The notes under the pieces: model-generated | What the model saw: the letters and a program-made list of their open reading frames with translations, nothing else | What the model was told of the DNA's origin: nothing | The model's database searches: none | Source of the DNA: the human T2T-CHM13v2.0 reference genome, Homo sapiens | Strand: one strand, 5' to 3' | DNA length: 64,000 nt | NCBI RefSeq assembly: GCF_009914755.1 | Contig: NC_060941.1 | Position numbers and translations under genes: made by a program | Shown here: positions 38,823-53,139 of the stretch, one piece after another | How the letters are laid out: every line of letters starts with the position of its first letter | How positions within the stretch are numbered: position 1 is the stretch's first letter

Positions 38823-41800
38823 TACTTTACAAGAAAGATAAGAAACAAACAAACTCTGAACAGTTTTCCCCAAGGCATGAAAATGAGTCCATAATATGAA
38901 ATTCAATTTGTATAGATTCTAGTACATAAATGAAACAATAATCAAATCCTGCTGTCTATATCCTTGTTTTTTTGAAAACCAAATTCTCCAGAATATTGCA
39001 TTTAACACTTTGAGAATCACATTTTATTAATTGGTGTTAAAGAACTTAAAGAGGATATGGGAAATAACTTAGAAAATTAGTTTCAAAAAATATAATAAAA
39101 TATAAACAAATACAGTAGTATACTGTAATTATAATGAAATATTTCTTGTAACTTCATGGGAAACAATTTAATGTCTCAACCTAGTTCATGTATTCCTCAA
39201 ACATGTATTCAACTTGATGGAAATTTTCCTATGTATTATACTGTAATCCACGAGAGTGGGAAGTAACAATTCTTTACCATCTTGCTGTAACTGGGTAGGC
39301 ATTTTAAGATGACGCTAAAGCTTGTGTCTCTGAGAGGGCATTGTATGGGAGTGTGTATGCAGAAGTTGAGTGCTGATGCAGCAGAGACCTCAGGTTCCCA
39401 TGGCACAAGACAATAGGCAATTTAATTTTTCTGCTTGACACGCCATAAAACATAAAAAATGCCTATCTATAGACACATCTGTATTGCAAATTATTGTTTA
39501 CCCATTACCCTCTACCACTAGAGTATGTTCCACAAAAAGAGTATAGTTTTATTCATTTCATTATCCTCAACATTCTCAGGTTACTGATATATTGTATGCT
39601 TTCAATACAAATATATTTCACTAAATGGATGACTGGATGGTGGATAAATGAATAAATGGAATAATTAAATAATTAATGAGTTAAAAGAGCAGTGGCTTTT
39701 CCCCATTTCTCTCTTCCTGTTTAGAATGCCAGTGGGCCACAATCCATTCAGTTAAATTATAGAATATACATATTAGTCCAGATATATATTTGTCTATTTT
39801 CTAAGATCCCTACGCATATATTTTATTCTTAAGTATATTTATTAGGTCTATATACGTCATCTTCTGGAACATATCAACAATATCTATAATAAAAAATTCA
39901 CCTTACTAAAGCTACTTAGAACCCATTTTCTATTTTTTTTCTTTTCACTTTCAAATCTGTTATCTTTTGTAATAAGTAATTTCCTCCCAGGTACAGGTGA
40001 CTCACTTTATTTGAATCAAAGTGACTTCAGTGTTCAATCTGGATTTTGCTGATGTGCCTAGTTTCAAATATTGAGCTAGTCACTTTTTGGCAGAGGAGAC
40101 TCGCTTGGTGCCAAGTAATTTAGAAAGCTAGGAGGAACTCCAGTTGGAAGTCAGGCAGAGAGCAGAATCAGGTGCCAAATTTTCTTTTCCTATCAAATGA
40201 GAAAGCTGGTAAATGGAAGTGAATTTTGCAGACATTTACTACTAGGAACAAATGCCATAAAAGGACTGAAACCAAAAGCTTCTTCTAGATGGTGGTCATA
40301 GCAGTCACTTTTATAATTCTAGTCCTTAGCATGGTGCCTAGCTCCGAGGACACATCCAATTAGGATGTGTTGTTCAACTCAGATGATATGTACCTCAGCA
40401 GAATATCTTACTTCTTTTGCCTCCACATATTAATCCCCTTTTCAGAGAGTCTGCTACTCAGCTGACTGCTGTGCACCCCCAACCACTGCCATGTTCTCTA
40501 GAATTTGCTATATCTCTTTAAACTTTTCCTCTCAGTATTTCTGACTTAATTGTTAGCAATTGAGTTCTACAAGAGTTGCATAAAATTGGAAAATAACTAA
40601 TTCCCAATACATATTCATCAGTGTGATTTTATTTAAAAGCAAATGAATAGCATCAGATCATCATGCTTTCCAGAGTCACAGAATTAAATTACAAGCCCTG
40701 ATTTAAATTTTGAAAACAAACAGGACCAAAAGAAGAATAGTGATTTTTACCCCATATTTTATCAATTATTTTGCAGTTACAGAGATGTTTTTTGAATTGT
40801 AATGGAAAGGTTATAGGTAAATTGCCTTTTATTTATAAGAATAGTATTTTAAAATGATGATGAAATTCAATCAGAACACACTTGGAAAACATTATTTTGG
40901 ATAAATATTAATATCGTCCATAACTATATGATAGGAGAGGGCTACCTCAGCACCTCTTTTGAACAAAAGTGTTCTGAGGCAGAACGTGGCATATCACAAA
41001 TTGAGCCCACAACAATAATGTGCAATGCTCAAAAACAAACAAAAAAATCTTGTTTAAAAATTCTCAGCACCTTGAATTATGAGTACTACATTTAATGGCA
41101 GCTCTAACTTGGACTTTGGGGTTACTTGGGCTCGAGTTCAGAACTGTGCCTGAAAATGCATGGAAGTTTTTTAAAGCACACTTAGGTAACAAGCCAACAT
41201 TGTATAGTGGAAATAGCACATAAGAGCCTATTTAAATGCCCAGTATCTCGCCAAGTTCTGCAGGACACAGTTCTCCAAAGAAAGCGTAAAGACACAGCCT
41301 TCGGTTATCAATGGCTCTGGAGCATGCCATGTTCTTACCTGAGGCAGTGCAGTTATACATTCTGGGTTAACTACAGGGAATCCCAGGCACCCTCTTTTCA
41401 GAATATGCAAGCCCTTATAATACCTTGAAGGTCCACCTTTAAATTTGCTTTTTCCTTGAGATTTCTCACTCAGAGCATGTGCTGTCTTCTTTCCATGTTC
41501 CATTCATAAGACTTCATGGACATATTGCCTATGGTAGATGTTGAATGATGTTATAGGTCATTTTTTTTTTCAGGTTTTCTATAGTTACTGTGAAATGTGA
41601 TGTCAAGAAAAGAGAATGGACTTTGTACAGGGAATCAGGGCTTTAGATCACTGCTTCTAATGGACAAGTCAGTTAACTTCTATACTTCTCAATATTCCTT
41701 TAAGTATGATTTGGGGGATACTTAAATAAAATTATACAAAACCATTTATAATAGTGTGGGCAGTGGTTGAGAGGCTGTGGTCTAGTCAGACCGCAGGTAT

Positions 41801-43369
41801 GTAGATCTTGTTTGTGCCATGTGGGAGCTGTCCATTCTAAAGAAGTTTATGTAACTCTTTTGGGTTTCAGTTTTCACACCCATACAGTGGAGGCTATGAT
41901 AATATATATAGCCCATGGAATGATTTAAATGAATATCACATTTAAAAGTATAAAGCTCATTTATCACAATGCCTGGTGCTTAATATGTGCTCAAAATGTT
42001 ATAATTATTCTTCAGACTTTTTTTCTCTGTGTGATCTTGCTTTGTCTACTGATTTTTCAACTTCTTACTGGTAGAGGGTTATAAAATAATGTCAAGCACT
42101 GTATGTAATGTAATGGCAGAAGCACAAATTTAGTTAGGGGAAAAACGACAGGGGTCCTCTGACTCTTTTCTTCTAATTGTTCTGCCTCTAGCATTACCAT
42201 TATCAGTATAATTAGCTTAATAATAAGTTATAACAGGGTTTTTAGATTGCATTCATACATAGCTACTCAATCAAATGTTTTTGTTGGAGGTTTTCTAGGA
42301 CCTCTATTTATCTAGTGTTCAAATCAGGATTTTCAAGAGGTGAAGCGCTCTTGGAGCAGATCTTTTCATACAGGAAATCAATTAATTAGTGGCAAGTCTG
42401 GCTCCCTTTTGAGTAAAAAAGAATGAAGCTTTGAGTGTGATTCCATCTTCACTGAGTTTGTAGAGCATTTGTCCACACAACTGCTATTTTATTTGAACTG
42501 AATGCAACTGTATTTATCAAAGGGAAGACAGTGCAACCTGTCAAGGTGGACTGACTGCCTGCTCTTTGGAGTGATAAAAGCTAGAGTTCCTGGATTTTGT
42601 CAGTTGTCAAAGCAAACATTGTTGCAGATCACTGCTTTATTGATTGTAGTCCCACCCCTATTGTTTCTCTTTTAAAAAAATCTAATTGACTTTAGATTTG
42701 TCATACAGGCATAGCTTCAATCTCAGAATACTATGCAAGTAAATATCACAGTAGCTAACACTCAATAACATTTAGTTGACTAAACAATATAATAGTTCTC
42801 CAAATTTACAGCGTCTGCTATTCTTGACACTAACATAGGTCTAATACATTGTACTTCCCTTCTTCTACTACGTAAACATAAGCACTGCTGTAATAAAATT
42901 CTTCAGCTACTGATTTGCCCAAATATTTTGGCATTGCCCAGTTGCTTAGTGTAGTTAATTAAAAAAAAAAAACTACCCTAGGCTGTATTCCTTAGAAAAT
43001 CAGTTCTTATGTGTCAGGTACCTTGCTGCATTATTTCCAAGGTTTAATATAGCCTCTGAAGTTGGAATGATGGCTTTAAAATCTCATCTGAATGTAGATG
43101 ACAATGATAACAATACCAAACTCATGGGGTTATTATAATGAATAAATAAAGTGTAGATAGAAAGCACTTAGAGTAGAGGTGAGCACAGAGAAAAGTAGTG
43201 GTGAGCATATAGATATATCTTAAATATTGTTATCATTACCATTATTATACTGTATTATATTGTAATAATCTCTACTATCCCATTGTAATACTTTCATATA
43301 AAGCACTCTATTTAAATATGTTATAAGAATATATACATATGTATACATGCACACGCATATGTGTATTAC

Positions 43370-43520
43370 ATAATATTATACTATAATAGTAATTGTTTTC
43401 ATTTTAGAGATGAAACAGTTGAGGTTAGGAAAGTTAAGAAACTTACCAGTGTCACAAGGGATGTGTGTTATGGAGCTAAGACTCAAAGCCAAGCAGTTAA
43501 CCATGATAATGCTTTACCAC
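43370..43520 (-). mobile_element. MIR relic
   Basis: CATTTTAGAGATGAAACAGTTGAGGTTAGGAAAGTTAAGAAACTTACCAGTGTCACA. Confidence 0.65.
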
Positions 43521-43766
43521 TTGAACAATGCACACATACTCTGTTTTTCCAGAGGAGATTCTTCCTCTAATAGGCATATATCATAATTTGAAGAAGTAAG
43601 TAACAAAAATCATTTCCAGTTCAATAAAGGCAAAAAATATTTTAAAAGAAATAAAGTGAGAAGGAGAGGCTGGCAATACTACAGTTAAAAACCCAAAGGC
43701 CCAAGTGGCTGGTAGTTAAATTAATACAAGTATGTAAAACAGGTTAGGTGTAAGAATGATGGGTTT

Positions 43767-43857
43767 CGGGAGGTGGAACTTGCAGTGAGCCGAGATCGCG
43801 CCACTGCACTCCAGCCTGGCTGACAGAACGAGACTCCATCTCATAAATAAATAAATA
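43767..43857 (+). mobile_element. 5'-truncated Alu (about 90 bp, AluY-like) with TSD and (TAAA)n tail
   Basis: CGGGAGGTGGAACTTGCAGTGAGCCGAGATCGCGCCACTGCACTCCAGCCTGG; TSD A(A/G)GAATGATGGGTTT at 43752-43766 and 43858-43872. Confidence 0.93.
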
Positions 43858-46800
43858 AGGAATGATGGGTTTATGGTCAAGTAGAGAGCATGAATGTTGG
43901 TGATGTTGATCCTTATCATGTAGAGATGTGAATACACCATCACTAATTTCTCACAAAGCACCTACCATCCACATATTTATTTGAAAACACTCTGATTTTT
44001 AAAACAGAAAATTACTTCAAGATGTATAAAGCTCTGTGGAGTCTGAGTAAAGCATTTATACAGATGGTATTTGACCAATGGGCCACCAATACGCAATCCT
44101 TATAAATATTTTCTGGAACTACAGGCTCCTGAGTGATGCATTTCTTGTAAACAGCTCTATATTCTTAAGAACTGAACACTGTTGAATGATATCTGCCCAT
44201 AATTAAGTTCCTCAAACATCTGGAGCCTTACCTACTGAAGAAATTCCACTTGCAGACGCAGCCTACCCCAAATAGTGAATACCTGGCAGTCAAGCTGGGA
44301 AATGAAAGGGAGTTCTAGCCTCACCCAGCTGGGAACTCTTACCTAGTCTTACTTTTCCAAGTCAAAACAGGATGCTGTGGACTAGAGTTTTGGGCGGTCA
44401 TACGGCACACATTTCCTCACCATCTCAACCTGTAAAATATTGCGTCAATTTCTCGTATTCTGTTTTGTCATTCTTTCTCGATTTACTTGGACTGGAATGC
44501 TGCAATAAACATCTCTCTACTTGATTGCAATCCTGATAAAAATTTAAATAATTCCCTGCCCTTTTGCCTACTGTCTCTAGTTGTTTAGAATCTTACTTAA
44601 TCCTAAATAGAACGCCCTAGGAAAACAGACATTATTCCCCAACTCATGAACATTGACTCTGCCTGTAGAATTCTACAGTAGAAGCACAGCCACCTGATTG
44701 GCCATCTTTGTGTTGAAGGTAGAAAACAGACATGGCTTGACACACTTACTTAGAGTATGCTTTAATATGTTACTCCTACTCGTATCACACTTTTTGCTTT
44801 TATTGTTCTATATGTATAGTCTTAAGCTATTTACTGAAATGTATAGATTTTTTATACACAGGGCCCATGTAACTATTAAACTGTGTCATATAAAACAAAT
44901 CACAGAATTAAGCTAGAAAAGCTCTCTGCTTCTATTTTATTATTTATAATTATTATCATGAGTTTTCTAACCAATAAGTCAAAATACAGGTATTTCCGGT
45001 GGCGTTTGGAATATTGGAAAGTTTTTCTATTTCCAATGGCAATTGCTTCTAGTGTTATTAGCACCTTTAATCAGCTCACTAATTTTATCCTTGAGCCTCC
45101 ACCTTAGGTTCTAATTTATACTCCTTTCCCTGAGGTTACAATTCTTGCATGTATTGCAACCAACACCAAGCAATTTATAGCACTGTTAAAAGAAAAAAAC
45201 TGAAATCATATTAGTTGAACCTTGAAATGAAAATTAACAAATTGGATAACCTAGAGTGTATAGTTTTAGGTTAGATGTTACCATATATACCATATCCTCT
45301 AATTCATCTAATACAATGAGCTTAAAATGCCTCTAAACACATCTGAGAAAATGTGAAGTTTTGACAGCATATACAAAAACTTCTTTTCATTTCCTAAAAG
45401 AAAATGAAATGATCCCAGGCCAAGATGGAAAACATTCTAATCATGGTATACAGCATCAATTTTCTTACCAGGACACTCAGCAACATAGCCAGAATGATGA
45501 ATTGAATTCATTTTATTTTTTATATGCCATCACTTAAACCAAATACCTTCAAAAGTGAGGGACAAAATAATGAGATAACATTCATTCCATGCTTTGAAGT
45601 GAAATTTCCAATTCTCGTGTGTCCCAGCAGATTGATCTGTGATTTCTTTAAGAAAGCAACAAGATAGATAAAGTTTATCCTGCTCTATTTTTTCCCATTT
45701 CACTTTGGCTTTTGCTTTTCATTCTCAATCACATAGAATTTATTGTAAGGAGGTGATGCAAGGAAGGGAAGATGGTGATGCCAGGAGGAGAGCGATTGCA
45801 GATATTTTAGTTACAACTAGGGACTGAAAACTAAGGATTCATGCTCTATACTTAATTCATGGAAGGTTGACAGTAGTGTTGGGTGAAAACCAATGCTTTG
45901 TGAATGTCTGGTTAGATCTCTGTTGAAAACTAGCAAAGTTATTTTCTAGTTTTTAAAAGACTGTCAGATCAAAAGGGTAATGTAAATGTTTCTACCTCTT
46001 TAATGTCCGTGTTCGGAATACAACGGCACTCTACTGTCCTTCAAAGTGCGATAAAAAAAACTCCTTGTAATACCCTAGTGAGGCCAACTGAGTTACTGAT
46101 AGCCCATTGGAAGGAATTTTGCATTACTCCAGAGTGTACTGATACATGACAAATTTTGCAGTCCATCAGTAGGAAGTATGAAGGTCTCTTTCTAACTGTT
46201 GAACTGGTAACTGATTGACAATTTTCAAAATCACCACCCCCCACACAAACCAACACTACATCCAACTCTTTAAGAATGAGAAGAAAGTTTTCCAACTCTT
46301 AGGGAACTCAGAAATCACATTAAAGTACAATTGTTATGTGTCACCTGCTAGCTATTACTTATTATAATAAATTGAAACCATCTTTTAAAGAACATAGCAA
46401 ACCATCTTTTATCAACACCTTTTATCTTGTGATTAAATATGAGTGATGGGCTCTTTTAACACTTATGTTCCTTATAAATATTGCTTTCACCTTGGGCTTA
46501 ATCCTGATATTGCATAATACTTTTCCTTGAAGTCAAGTAGCTTGAAATTGTACAGGTATTGTCAAGCACGGTCAGGGAAGGGCAAAAATGGAGTACTGAC
46601 TATTTTTACACAGAAACACCACCTAGGAATCATAATATTTTTTTCCTTAAGACTTCTTCAAAGATTATTCAAAATCAAGTCACGTAGTTACGTTTGCCAT
46701 TTAGTCTATGTATCTTTAAAAAATATTATTGTGTAATATAGAACTCGAGCCTTGTTGTAGAATTCTTTCTGTTAATGAATGCTTCAGCACTAACTATTGA

Positions 46801-47891
46801 AAAGCAATTTATTTTTATGAAACTCTAAGGATCAGATCTCAGAAGCCATTATTTATATGATGAACCTATGACTTTCCAAATTGCCTTGAAGTGCTATACA
46901 GAAACGCTTTTCTTTTGCCTTTTGTAGTTTTTTTATTACTGTATCACATGTTGCTATTCATCATGAAAAACAAATCTCAAAGCAGAATAGGTGGGTGCTA
47001 TTAAATATTTCTGCATATATACATGGCTTGCTTTAAAATTTACATTGCAATATCTTACATTAAATTGTGAGTGAATGAATTCAGTAACATAAAGGCATTT
47101 CAACTGTAAAAATACTTCAAAATTTATTTTCTTATATTCTAAATAAACTTTAATTTATTTAATCCATTAAAAAAGTTGCAGATTTTAAAAAGAAACTAAA
47201 CCTATGTCCTTTTCTTTTAAGCTCTGTTTATGAAACTTTCTTGAATTAATGTTGCTATCTGTGTTTATTTGACACAAACATAGAGAAAGATTGATAGATT
47301 TTAAGCTCCATTATTTTGTAGAGGGACTTTTCTTTCCTAAAAGAGTTCCAAATATATTCCAAACATATCTCTCAGAAAAATTTTAAACTACACTTAACTC
47401 TCAGAAAGATTTCAGAAGTTGTTATTTATCACCATTTACAGGGTAAAATTCACAGGAAACAAATTAAGATACCCTTCTCAGGATATATTGAAAATGTAAT
47501 TGGCATGCCTCTTATTTCTAGTGATTAGCTGCCTTAAAGGAGTACAAGGTAGATTAACATGTTGTGGAAACAATGATCAGATTGCCTAAGCCAATTATAT
47601 GGAAAGTCTACCTGACACATGGTTTTCCAATGAGAAAACACATTTGAAATTGGATCCATGCTGAAATAGCAAAGACATGATGATAATGTGTATGTACAGT
47701 GCCATATCATTGTGAAAATCCAGAGAGATGCACAAAGAAATTCATAGAATTTTGTGTTAGAAGCATAATGTAATCTTCATGTTTATCATGTGAACTTCAT
47801 TTTTAAAATAAAACTGTTATATTTGCTTTCAAGCTTGACATAGTAATTCATTATTTTGGAATAATGGATTTTATAATATTATTTATATATA

Positions 47892-50640
47892 TGGTTGATC
47901 CTTGAACAACACGTTAAGTGGTATGAATTTACTTCAATGTGGATTTATTTCAATAAATATATTGGAAAAGTTTCTGGAGATTTGTGAGAGTTTGGAAAAA
48001 AACTCACAGATCAATCACATGGGTTATAAATTTGAAAACTTAAGAAGTAAACTATGACATGAATGCATAAAATACATGTAGATAGTTTATTTTGTCATTT
48101 ACTACTATAAAATATCCACAAATCTATGATAAAATGTTAAAATGTATTAAAACTTACAGAAACACCGACCATACATTATACCATTATACCATTTACAGTT
48201 GGCAGTAATGTAAAGAAATGTAAAGATGCAGTATTAAAACATAACTGCATAAAATTCACTGTAATGTATACTCTACTACTGCAATAACTTTGTAGCAACC
48301 TCCTGTTGCTACTATGGTGAGCTGAAGAGTTGTAGGTATCCAATTAAAATGCTGTGTGATATTAATCATTTCTGTGTGAGCAATTTGTCTTTCCAGTAAA
48401 TTGCATATTACAGCAAAAAGTGATTTATCCTGGTTCTCACATATTTTTCATCATGTTAAGTGCAATAGCACAAACCTTGACTATCACTATGGAACCCAAG
48501 CAAAGTACCACTAGTGATTCTGGAAGTGCTCCCAAGAAGCAGAGAAAAGTCATGACATCAAGAAAAAGCTGAATTGCTTAATATGTACATTGAATTGGGG
48601 TATATAGCTGCAGTTGTCCAGAATTTCAAAATAAAAGGATCCCACAGAAGGACCATTGTAAAGAAAAACAAATAGAAAAAAGATAAAAATATTCACAAAG
48701 TCATTGCTGCAGCTATCCAATAGGGACAAAAATCTTGCATTGTTTTGTGAAATACTTTTTAAAAAAATCTTGTATTAAAAATGCAGCTTTTATGAGGCTG
48801 CAGAATAGCTATAAAAAAGCATACCTACAGACTCTAATATAACCTGAGAAGAAGCAAAGTCATCATATGACTACTTAAAGCAAAAAGTAAGTGAAAGATA
48901 TAAAGCTGGAGAATTCAATGCCAGCAAAGGATGGTTTGATAATTTTAGAAAGAGGTTTGGTCTTAAAAATGTCAAGATAACAGGAGAAGCAGCTTCTGCT
49001 GACCAAGAAGCAGCAGATGAGTTTCCAGATACCGTTAACGAAATCATTGAGAAGAAAGAATATCTGCATGAACAGGTTTTTCATGCAGATGAAAGCGCCC
49101 TATTCTGGGGAAAAAAAAGTCACGAAGGACATTTACTAGTTAGAAAGAGAAATGAGTATTAGAGTTTAAGGCAGAAAAAGATAGGATAATTCTACTGCTT
49201 GTGCAAATGCAGTTGGGTTTATGATCTGGACTGTCCCTATCTATGCCTATCTATGTAGTCACCAACCCTTGAGTCTTGAAGAGATAAACACAAGCTGCTA
49301 TTCTTCTGGTTGTATAACAAAAAAGCCTAGACAATGAAAATCCATTTTCTAGATTGGTTCCATTGATGCTTTGCACCTGAAGTCAGGAAGTAACCAGCCA
49401 GCAAGGAACTGTTTCTTAAAGCTCTTTTGATGCTGTACAATGCCCCTAGCCACCCAGAACCCCATGAGTTCAACACCATGAGTGTCGAGTTGTCTACTTG
49501 TCCCCAAACACAACAGCTCTATATCAGTCTCTAGCTCAGGATCATAAGGACTTATAGTGGTCATTACACATGGTACTCTATGAAAAGGATTGTCAGTGCT
49601 ATGGAAGACAATATCAGTAGCAAGAACATTATAAAATTATGGAAAGATTACAGAACTGAAGATGTCATCATTGTTACAGAAAAAGCATCAAGCCCCAAAC
49701 AACAAATCCTGCTGAAGAGAACTTTGTCCAGATGTTGTGCGTGACTTTGCAGGATTTATAACAGAGTTAATCAATAAAATCATGAAAAAGATTGTGGATT
49801 TGGCCAAAAAAAGGAAGTAAAAGATTTCGAGATATGGTTCTTGGAGAAATTCTAGAACTAACAGACACCACACCAGAGGAATTAACACAATACAACTTGA
49901 TGGAGATGAGTGCTTCTGAAATAGTGCCAGATGAACAGGAAGAATATGTAGAAAAAGCAGTGCCAGAAAACAAATTGACATTAGACAATCTAGTGTCTAA
50001 TGATGTAAGAGAAGATGATCTAGTGTCTAACAACAATCAGAGTTGACAGACTGATTGTTTTAGAGTGCTTTTGACTTCTCTCATGACATCAACTATTCTA
50101 TGATATGTGCACTGAAACTAAAGCAAATGATGGAAGAAGGGTTTGTGCCATATAGAAATATTTTTAGAGAAATAAAAAAGCAAAAGTCAGACAGAAATCA
50201 GGATGTATTTCTGTAAATTTACACTAAATGTGCCTGCCTCTTCTTGCCTCCTCCCTCCATTTCCTCCACCTCTTCCATCTCTGCCACCCGAGACAGAAAG
50301 AATAGTCCCTCCTCTTCCTCCACCTCCTTAGCCTACTTGACCTGAAGATGATGATGATAAAAACCTGTATGATGATCAAATTCCACTTCATAAATAGTAC
50401 ACATATTTTCTCTTCCTTATGATTTTCTTAATAACATTTTATCTAGCTTACTTCATTGTAAGAATTCAGTATATAATATATATAAAACATAAAAATATGT
50501 GTTAATCAATTATTTATGTTATTCATAAAACTTCCAGTCAACATATAGATGATATAAATATAGGTTAATGTAGACTTATCTTCATAAATCTATATGTAAA
50601 TTTTTGACTCCTCAAGGTGGTCAGCATCCCTAAACTCTGT
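47892..50640 (+). mobile_element. Tigger2 (pogo-family) DNA transposon, near full length (about 2.75 kb); right TIR lost
   Basis: TA then TGGTTGATCCTTGAACAACAC (left TIR; recalled consensus CAGTTGACCCTTGAACAACAC), internal transposase remnant, and 3' CCTCCTCTTCCTCCACCTCCT..GAAGATGATGATGAT. Confidence 0.92.
48489..50230 (+). pseudogene. Disrupted Tigger2 transposase (CENP-B HTH plus DDE_1)
   Basis: My translation: MEPKQSTTSDSGSAPKKQRKVMT from 48489; EFNASKGWFDNFRKRFGLKNVKITGEAASADQEAADEFPDTVNEIIEKKEYLHEQVFHADESALFW from 48911; LLMLYNAPSHP near 49424; frameshifts and stops lie between. Confidence 0.9.
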
Positions 50641-53139
50641 GTGTGTGCACATGTATTTATTATGTTGACTTGGAGATCAAAATTTCACAAGTCATATTTC
50701 GAAAGGATGATACAAGATAGATAATAAGATTATATTTACCTGCTAAAAACACATAGAATATTAGTGTGATAGTTTATAAAATTAAAATCTTCCTTAAATA
50801 TCATTTTAAGGATAAATGAATTAAACTAAAGTGATTATCAAAAGTTAAATAGTATATATGTTTCTGAACTCAATTCCAGCCCAGCTCTTCTCCTCCATCT
50901 AAGTTCCCATACCCAGCTCCATGACATACTGAAAAGTTTCTGCATTCTAACCAGAGTAGATCACATTCATGCTTGAAATCAGACAGTATTGTTATGTGAT
51001 TCACTTAAAAGGTAAGCTTACTTAAAACTATCCAGTGGCTCTAGCTTCACATGCACAAAAGATGTTCTATATGTTCATGAGTAATGGGAGTGAAATTTAA
51101 ATAGTTACATTAAAGCTCCATAACGACATAATTATATTAGTGAAATCTAATAAATAAGAAAAGGAAAGCTTGCTTCCACAAAACTACACCTGGGGGTAAC
51201 AATTCATTTATGCCTAGAATAATTAATATATTACATTAATTGTTTAAAAAAATAAGAATAAGCCCAATGGTGCATATCAAATACATTGTATAAATACAAG
51301 CAATATTAACATCCATTTAAAAAATAAAAAAATTATTTTTATTTCCTGAGGTATTTTTTTGACAATTCAAACGGTATCATCTGCTTATTCCCTTTCTCTC
51401 TTTTCTTTCAGAAACCTACATTTTGCTTTTTGCCATGGAAAAGCATCCTAATTACTCTTCCTTTACATTTCAGAAGTAATCTTTTAATTTTGATGGCAAA
51501 AGTGTCTTTTCTTTCTGTCTCGTATTTCATGCGTATTTTCTTACTACCCACATGCATTTGTTCTAGTTTGAAATCATTTCACTTTATGATCACTTTGAGT
51601 ATTGAAGTTACAAAGAGAAGGTTGTCATGACCAGATATGTTATTCTTACCTGCAAAAGTCAGCCTAGAAGCATCTAGGGCCCCATTGCTGAGTTATTGGG
51701 AAAAGTTGTAATCATATAGTTTTATAATGATCCAGATTTTTAAAATATGTGAATCACATTATCATTTAAGTAATTATATTTCTAAACTGCTATTTCCTTT
51801 GTGACTTCCTAGGATGTCTAGAGAGGTGAAGCAAACCTACTTAGAATCTCTATTATCTATGCCTTGATAATGTTTCAAAGACCTTTATATACATCAAAAC
51901 ATTAGAATTCATATAAATTTGTCCAGATGTTTTACAAATATTGTTTCACTCAAAACATGTATAAGTATGTTATTAAGGAAGAAAAAACCTCTCAAGGGAT
52001 TAAATTATACAGTCTCTTCAGCAATTATTTGTCTATAAATAAAATCATTTCTGTTGCTAAAACTGCTCAAATGCAGTTAGCTCTCCTTTTCTTCCTCTCT
52101 CTCAATCCTAGTAAAAGGCAAAAAGCCTTCTGTTTCTTCCGTTTCCAGCATCATGTCTTTCTCTCCTTACATCTACTCTTTACTCTGCCTTTTAAAATAC
52201 TTTTAAATTTAGAGCCAAATTTTTACTTTCTACATACTTTCTAGCATAGAAGAGAACCTTATTCACTTTGCAGACCTCATCTTCTACTCAAGCATCTTGC
52301 CTTCAACTAGTTATGTAAATATTTGATACCTTCTCTGTTCCTCTTAGGGTATAACAGTTGAGTATCAGAAATGATGTTATGTGTGCCTTTTAACTTACTT
52401 CTCAATATAGCATGATACATGACAGATGTCATCTAATAAAAACATTTGATAGTCATATCCTTCTTTTGAAAATTTCTTGTTTACATTATAGTTTTCAAAT
52501 TATTTTATTATTCCAAACCCTGTCTCCCTTTCACTTCCACCCAAGCTCTTTAACATTTTCTTTTCTAACTTCCAGAACTTAATCCTCACTAACTTAAAAA
52601 TTTTTTTTTCTTTCCATAGGTTATTTAGGAACAAGTGGTGTTTGGTTACATGAGTAAGTTCTTTAGTGATGATTTGTGAGATTTTGGTGCACTCATCACC
52701 TGAGCAGTATACACTGCACACAATTTGTAGTCTTTTATCCCTCGCCCCCTTCCCATCCTTTCCTCCTGAGTCCCCAAAGCCCACTGTGTCATTCTTATGC
52801 CTTTGCATCCTCGTAGCTTAGCTCCCACTTGTGAGTGAGAACATATAATGTTTGGTTTTCCATTCCTGAGTTCCTTCACTTAGAATATTCGTCTCCAATC
52901 TCATCCAGGTCACTGCAAATGCTGTTAATTCATTCCTTTTTATGGCTGAGTAATATATCATAGTTTCTTTATCCACTCATTGATTGATGGGCATTTGGGT
53001 TGGTTCCACTTTTTGCAATTGTGAATTGTGTTGCTATAAACATGCATGTGGAAGTATATTTTTCAAATAATGACTTGTTTTCCTCTGGGTAGATAACCAG
53101 TAGTAAGACTGCTGGATGAAATGGTAGTTCTACTTTTAG

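Noticed and set aside
41320-41336. p53-like site (GAGCATGCCATGTTC)
   Set aside because: The CATG cores overlap with the wrong spacing; not two proper half-sites.
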